DNA of 54,386 nucleotides from Syntrophomonadaceae bacterium (lineage in GTDB: Bacteria; Bacillota; Dethiobacteria; DTU022; PWGO01): contig PUKQ01000053.1 in the NCBI GenBank assembly GCA_003550565.1, positions 1 through 54,386 on the forward strand, written 5' to 3'. The stretch's first letter is position 1; every line of letters begins with the position of its first letter. Positions 51,421 through 54,386 of the stretch are shown piece by piece. A program made the position numbers and the translations under genes. The notes under the pieces were generated by a model. That model made no database searches and had not been told where the DNA came from. It saw only the letters and a list, made by a program, of their open reading frames with translations.

Positions 51421-52824
51421 ATGGAAAACACTAAAATGCTTCCCAATGAAGGTTTGTTCGATCGGGTTTACGGGCTGTTTGAAATTTTAAAGAAGCTTCC
51501 CCCTCAGTTAAGTGAAGACGAATTAGAGGGGTTGTTAAAAGTACTTCCCCCGGATAGCGCCAATAGTATGCAAGCCTTATTAAAACCTTCTATCCAACAG
51601 GCGTCCCTTACATTCTTAAGTATGCTTACTACAGCGTTAGAGGAAACCAGGAATGCCAAGAAAAATGGGAAAAAAGTGATTCTGGTGCCTTTTAATTTTC
51701 CCCCGGAAATTGTCCATGCTTTTGACAATCTTGCACCGATTACCACCGAAGTTTTAACAACCCTGGGGGTAGTAGCCTTGGAAGGTCAGGGCGAAAGATA
51801 CTGGGAATATGCCATGGGTTTGGGTTTGCCCGATCATCTCTGTTCTGCCAATACCATTGACCTGGGATCAACGCTTACGGGCATTGACTTTGATCCTGAC
51901 GCTATTATCTCGGGTTGTGTGGGTAGTTGTGATGTCAATTCTAAAACCCATGAATTTGTGTCTGCTTTGTTGGGTCTGCCCCAGATTCCTTTGGAAAAAC
52001 CAACGGATGATACCGCCCGCGGTTTTGAATTTTTTAAGAAGAATTATTATAAAATGATATCACAGTTGGAAAAATTAGCCGGGGAAGAGCTTAAAGAAGA
52101 GAATTTAAGGGTTGTGGCCGAAAAAGCTAACCGCTGCACCGAGCTATACTATGATATTTGGGAAATGAAAAAACAGGTACCCTGTCCTGTGCCGGGCATA
52201 TTTTCCCTTTTTGTATGTGCTTCCCGTTTTTCCATGTGGGGGCGGGATGAAGCTATTAGGACTTTGGAAGATTGCCTGCAAGTGGCAATACGCAATTATG
52301 AAAGTGAAGAATACCGGGATCGCGGAGAGGTGGCGCGGGTAGTCTGGATATACCTCAGTTATTATTTTGATTTCGTAAATTTTTATGACTGGATGGAAAA
52401 TAAAAGAATAAGCAATATGGGTGATGCACTGCAACTGGCATTCCCGGAACCGCTGGATCTTTCCACCAGGGAATCCATATTGGACGGAATGATTAAAAGT
52501 GCCTGGAATAATGTCATGACCAGGCAGATGGGGGCATATTCCATGTCCGCTCAGTGGGTGGAAGATATCATCCATGTGATTAAAGAATTTGATGTTAACG
52601 GGGCAATTTATTGTGGTCACCATTCATGCAAACAGACCTGGAGTATTTTTTCTATTGCCCGCAGTGAAGTGCTCAAAAGGACCGGTGTTCCTACCTTGGG
52701 CTTGCAAGGGGATTCTTGGATGAAAAACATGACTCCCATAGGTGTTATCCAGGAGGAGATTGAACAGTTTGTAAACAACGTGGTAATCAAAAAACGAGGC
52801 CGCCGCAGGCGCAAAAAGTCTTAA
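51421..52824 (+). CDS. benzoyl-CoA reductase / 2-hydroxyacyl-CoA dehydratase family subunit (BcrB/HgdA-like) with a poly-basic C-terminal tail
   Basis: KKNGKKVILVPFNFPPEIVHAFDNLAP.., CGHHSCKQ. The tail reads VIKKRGRRRRKKS. The ORF is open from GTG 51412 (overlapping the upstream stop), but ATG 51421 has the AAGAGGTG SD. Confidence 0.75.
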   Translation: MENTKMLPNEGLFDRVYGLFEILKKLPPQLSEDELEGLLKVLPPDSANSMQALLKPSIQQASLTFLSMLTTALEETRNAKKNGKKVILVPFNFPPEIVHAFDNLAPITTEVLTTLGVVALEGQGERYWEYAMGLGLPDHLCSANTIDLGSTLTGIDFDPDAIISGCVGSCDVNSKTHEFVSALLGLPQIPLEKPTDDTARGFEFFKKNYYKMISQLEKLAGEELKEENLRVVAEKANRCTELYYDIWEMKKQVPCPVPGIFSLFVCASRFSMWGRDEAIRTLEDCLQVAIRNYESEEYRDRGEVARVVWIYLSYYFDFVNFYDWMENKRISNMGDALQLAFPEPLDLSTRESILDGMIKSAWNNVMTRQMGAYSMSAQWVEDIIHVIKEFDVNGAIYCGHHSCKQTWSIFSIARSEVLKRTGVPTLGLQGDSWMKNMTPIGVIQEEIEQFVNNVVIKKRGRRRRKKS

Positions 52825-52879
52825 CTGTTTTATGGACGGGTTTATTGACAATAATTATTGATGGAGGTTGATACAGTAA

Positions 52880-53677
52880 ATGTTATACGGAGGAATCGAT
52901 GTAGGTTCATTATCAGCACAGGCGGTAATTATTAAAGACAATGTTATTTATTCCAATTACAGTATGCGGGTGAAGCCAAGGCCGGTAGATTCTGCGGCTA
53001 CAGTTTTAGAGGAAGCGCTAAAAGAAAAGGGCCTTTCTCTAAAAGATCTTGCTTTCTGCGTAAGTACAGGTTATGGACGGGAACAAATCCAGAAAGAAGG
53101 GCTTTCGGGAGAAAACATGAGTGAGATTTCCTGTCACGGCAAGGGCGCTCATTGGGTTTTGCCGCAGGTAAGGACTATAATAGACATTGGGGGGCAGGAT
53201 GCAAAGGTAATCAAAGTAGATGAAAACGGTGAACTGGTTAACTTTGTGATGAACGATAAATGCGCTGCCGGAACCGGACGTTTTCTTGATGTAATGAGTA
53301 AAACACTGGGGGTTTCCGTGGATGAACTGGCTCCTTTGTCTTTAAAATCACGCCAGACAGTGGAAATGAGCAGCCGGTGCAGTATTTTCTGTGAAACGGA
53401 GGTACATCATTATCTGCAGAGAGGAGCCAGCCTTGCGGATGTGGCTGCCGGCATAAATTATGCCATGGCTGAACGTGTAATGGCCCTGGTGCGCCGGGTG
53501 GGAATAGAAAAGGAGATAACCATGAGCGGTGGAGTTGCTAAAAACTCGGCGGTGCGAAAAGAATTGGAGAAATTAATGCAAACCCGGATGGTAACTTATA
53601 AAGTGGATACGCAAATTGTAGGGGCACTGGGAGCAGCTTTGTTTGCGCGGAAGTTGGGGGAGGTGAAGTCCTTATGA
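52880..53677 (+). CDS. BcrA/BcrD/HgdC-type ATPase (CoA-substrate-specific enzyme activase / electron-activating subunit)
   Basis: 265 aa. ASKHA-fold motifs GIDVGSLSAQAVII, DIGGQDAKVI, NDKCAAGTGRFLD, RCSIFCETE, MSGGVAKN. Confidence 0.9.
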   Translation: MLYGGIDVGSLSAQAVIIKDNVIYSNYSMRVKPRPVDSAATVLEEALKEKGLSLKDLAFCVSTGYGREQIQKEGLSGENMSEISCHGKGAHWVLPQVRTIIDIGGQDAKVIKVDENGELVNFVMNDKCAAGTGRFLDVMSKTLGVSVDELAPLSLKSRQTVEMSSRCSIFCETEVHHYLQRGASLADVAAGINYAMAERVMALVRRVGIEKEITMSGGVAKNSAVRKELEKLMQTRMVTYKVDTQIVGALGAALFARKLGEVKSL

Positions 53678-54386
53678 TATCTTTAGGTATAGATGTGGGC
53701 AGCCTTTTTACTAAAGCGGTACTTTTAGATGATGACCAAATGCTGGCTTCGGCAATGCGGGAAACTACCGGAAATATTTCCGGAGAGATGGAGGAATTTA
53801 TAAATGAAGTGGCTTCCCGGGGAGGAGTTTCCAGGCAGAATATAGAGGTCTGCGTAAGTGCCGGTCAGGGAGAAGATCTGGTGGAGCAAGCCGATTTTAG
53901 TGAAGATACAGTGGTTTGTATCGCTATGGCCAGCCGTCATCTGTTGCCTGAAAGCGAATTGGCCGTGGATGTGGGTGGACAAAGCATTACTACTGTTATT
54001 AGTGATACAGAAGGGGAAGTAGCGAACTTTATGCACAATGATAAATGTGCTTCCGGTTCGGGACGGTTTATTGAGGTAATTAGCTCGGCCCTGGGTGTTA
54101 ATATGAATGATATTGATGAAATTGCGGAGAAAGCGCAGAAAACTATACCGGTGAGCACTCAATGCGCTGTATTTGCGGAAAGTGAAATTGTTTCTTATGT
54201 AAACCAGGGTGAGGCTGTACCCGATTTAATAGCGGCGGTATGCGAAGCCGTAGCCCGGATGGTGGTTTCGCAGGCGCTCCGCTTTGGAAATATTAAAAAT
54301 TATACCGTGACCGGCGGAGTGGGGCGCATTAGCGCTGTTGTAAATGTCCTGGAAAAACGCCTTCAGGGCAATTATTATTCTTTTCC
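53674..54386 (+). CDS. second BcrA/BcrD/HgdC-type ATPase, 3'-truncated by the window end (absent from the ORF track)
   Basis: ATG 53674 overlaps the TGA of the upstream gene (ATGA). The frame stays open to the window edge: MISLGIDVGSLFTKAVLL..VDVGGQSITTVI..NDKCASGSGRFIE..TQCAVFAESE..VTGGVGR. Confidence 0.85.
   Translation, partial: MISLGIDVGSLFTKAVLLDDDQMLASAMRETTGNISGEMEEFINEVASRGGVSRQNIEVCVSAGQGEDLVEQADFSEDTVVCIAMASRHLLPESELAVDVGGQSITTVISDTEGEVANFMHNDKCASGSGRFIEVISSALGVNMNDIDEIAEKAQKTIPVSTQCAVFAESEIVSYVNQGEAVPDLIAAVCEAVARMVVSQALRFGNIKNYTVTGGVGRISAVVNVLEKRLQGNYYSF

Noticed and set aside
53725-54162. 145-aa ORF on the - strand listed in the ORF track.
   Set aside because: It lies antisense to an open + frame that encodes a well-motifed HgdC/BcrAD-type ATPase starting at 53674. 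It has no SD and a low-complexity composition.

Overview
This 54.4-kb window looks like the chromosome of a strictly anaerobic Gram-positive bacterium. That taxonomic call is inference only, from strong GGAGG Shine-Dalgarno sites, RemA, a tungsten-type AOR, HdrA/CCG-type Fe-S proteins and BCR-type ATPases. All family calls below come from motifs read by eye; no search was run.

Positions 1-14.2 kb hold ordinary housekeeping and signalling genes. These are two small membrane proteins, citrate synthase, a membrane GGDEF cyclase, a GNAT toxin-like two-gene module next to tRNA-Pro(GGG), and a BCCT transporter. They continue with remA, a c-di-GMP-I riboswitch in front of a PAS-GGDEF-HD-GYP gene, a GlcD-like FAD oxidase with its CCG Fe-S partner, and MtaB.

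Positions 14.17-14.94 kb form a 770-bp noncoding region. It contains about 11-12 tandem copies of a palindrome-bearing motif. These are followed by an orphan copy of the structured leader that precedes the AOR gene 6.3 kb downstream.

From 14.9 to 43.3 kb about 29 genes run on the + strand with short gaps. They are a TetR regulator, SCP2 proteins, FAD-oxidase/CCG modules, AOR-ferredoxin-CCG and an NMT1-type ABC importer. Next comes a cluster of a fused radical-SAM/GNAT protein, a flavoprotein, a PaaK-like ligase, two DUF2148-like proteins, SCP2 and an AIR-synthase-like protein. After that come an ACAD/SDR/DUF35/thiolase beta-oxidation set, a shortened AOR-like protein with ferredoxin, a GATase-like protein and HdrA.

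After a convergent GT4 glycosyltransferase, a second operon (45.1 kb to the window end) encodes two non-canonical ACAD paralogues and two paralogous proteins with no recognisable domain. It ends with a four-gene benzoyl-CoA-reductase / 2-hydroxyacyl-CoA-dehydratase-type module; its last gene runs off the window and is missing from the ORF track.

The best candidates for undescribed biology are:
- the nitrilase-less Nit1C-like cluster (27.2-34.4 kb);
- the ACAD-like pair, unknown proteins and BCR-type module (45-54 kb);
- the repeat array plus duplicated riboswitch-like leader (14.2-14.7 kb and 20.8-20.96 kb).
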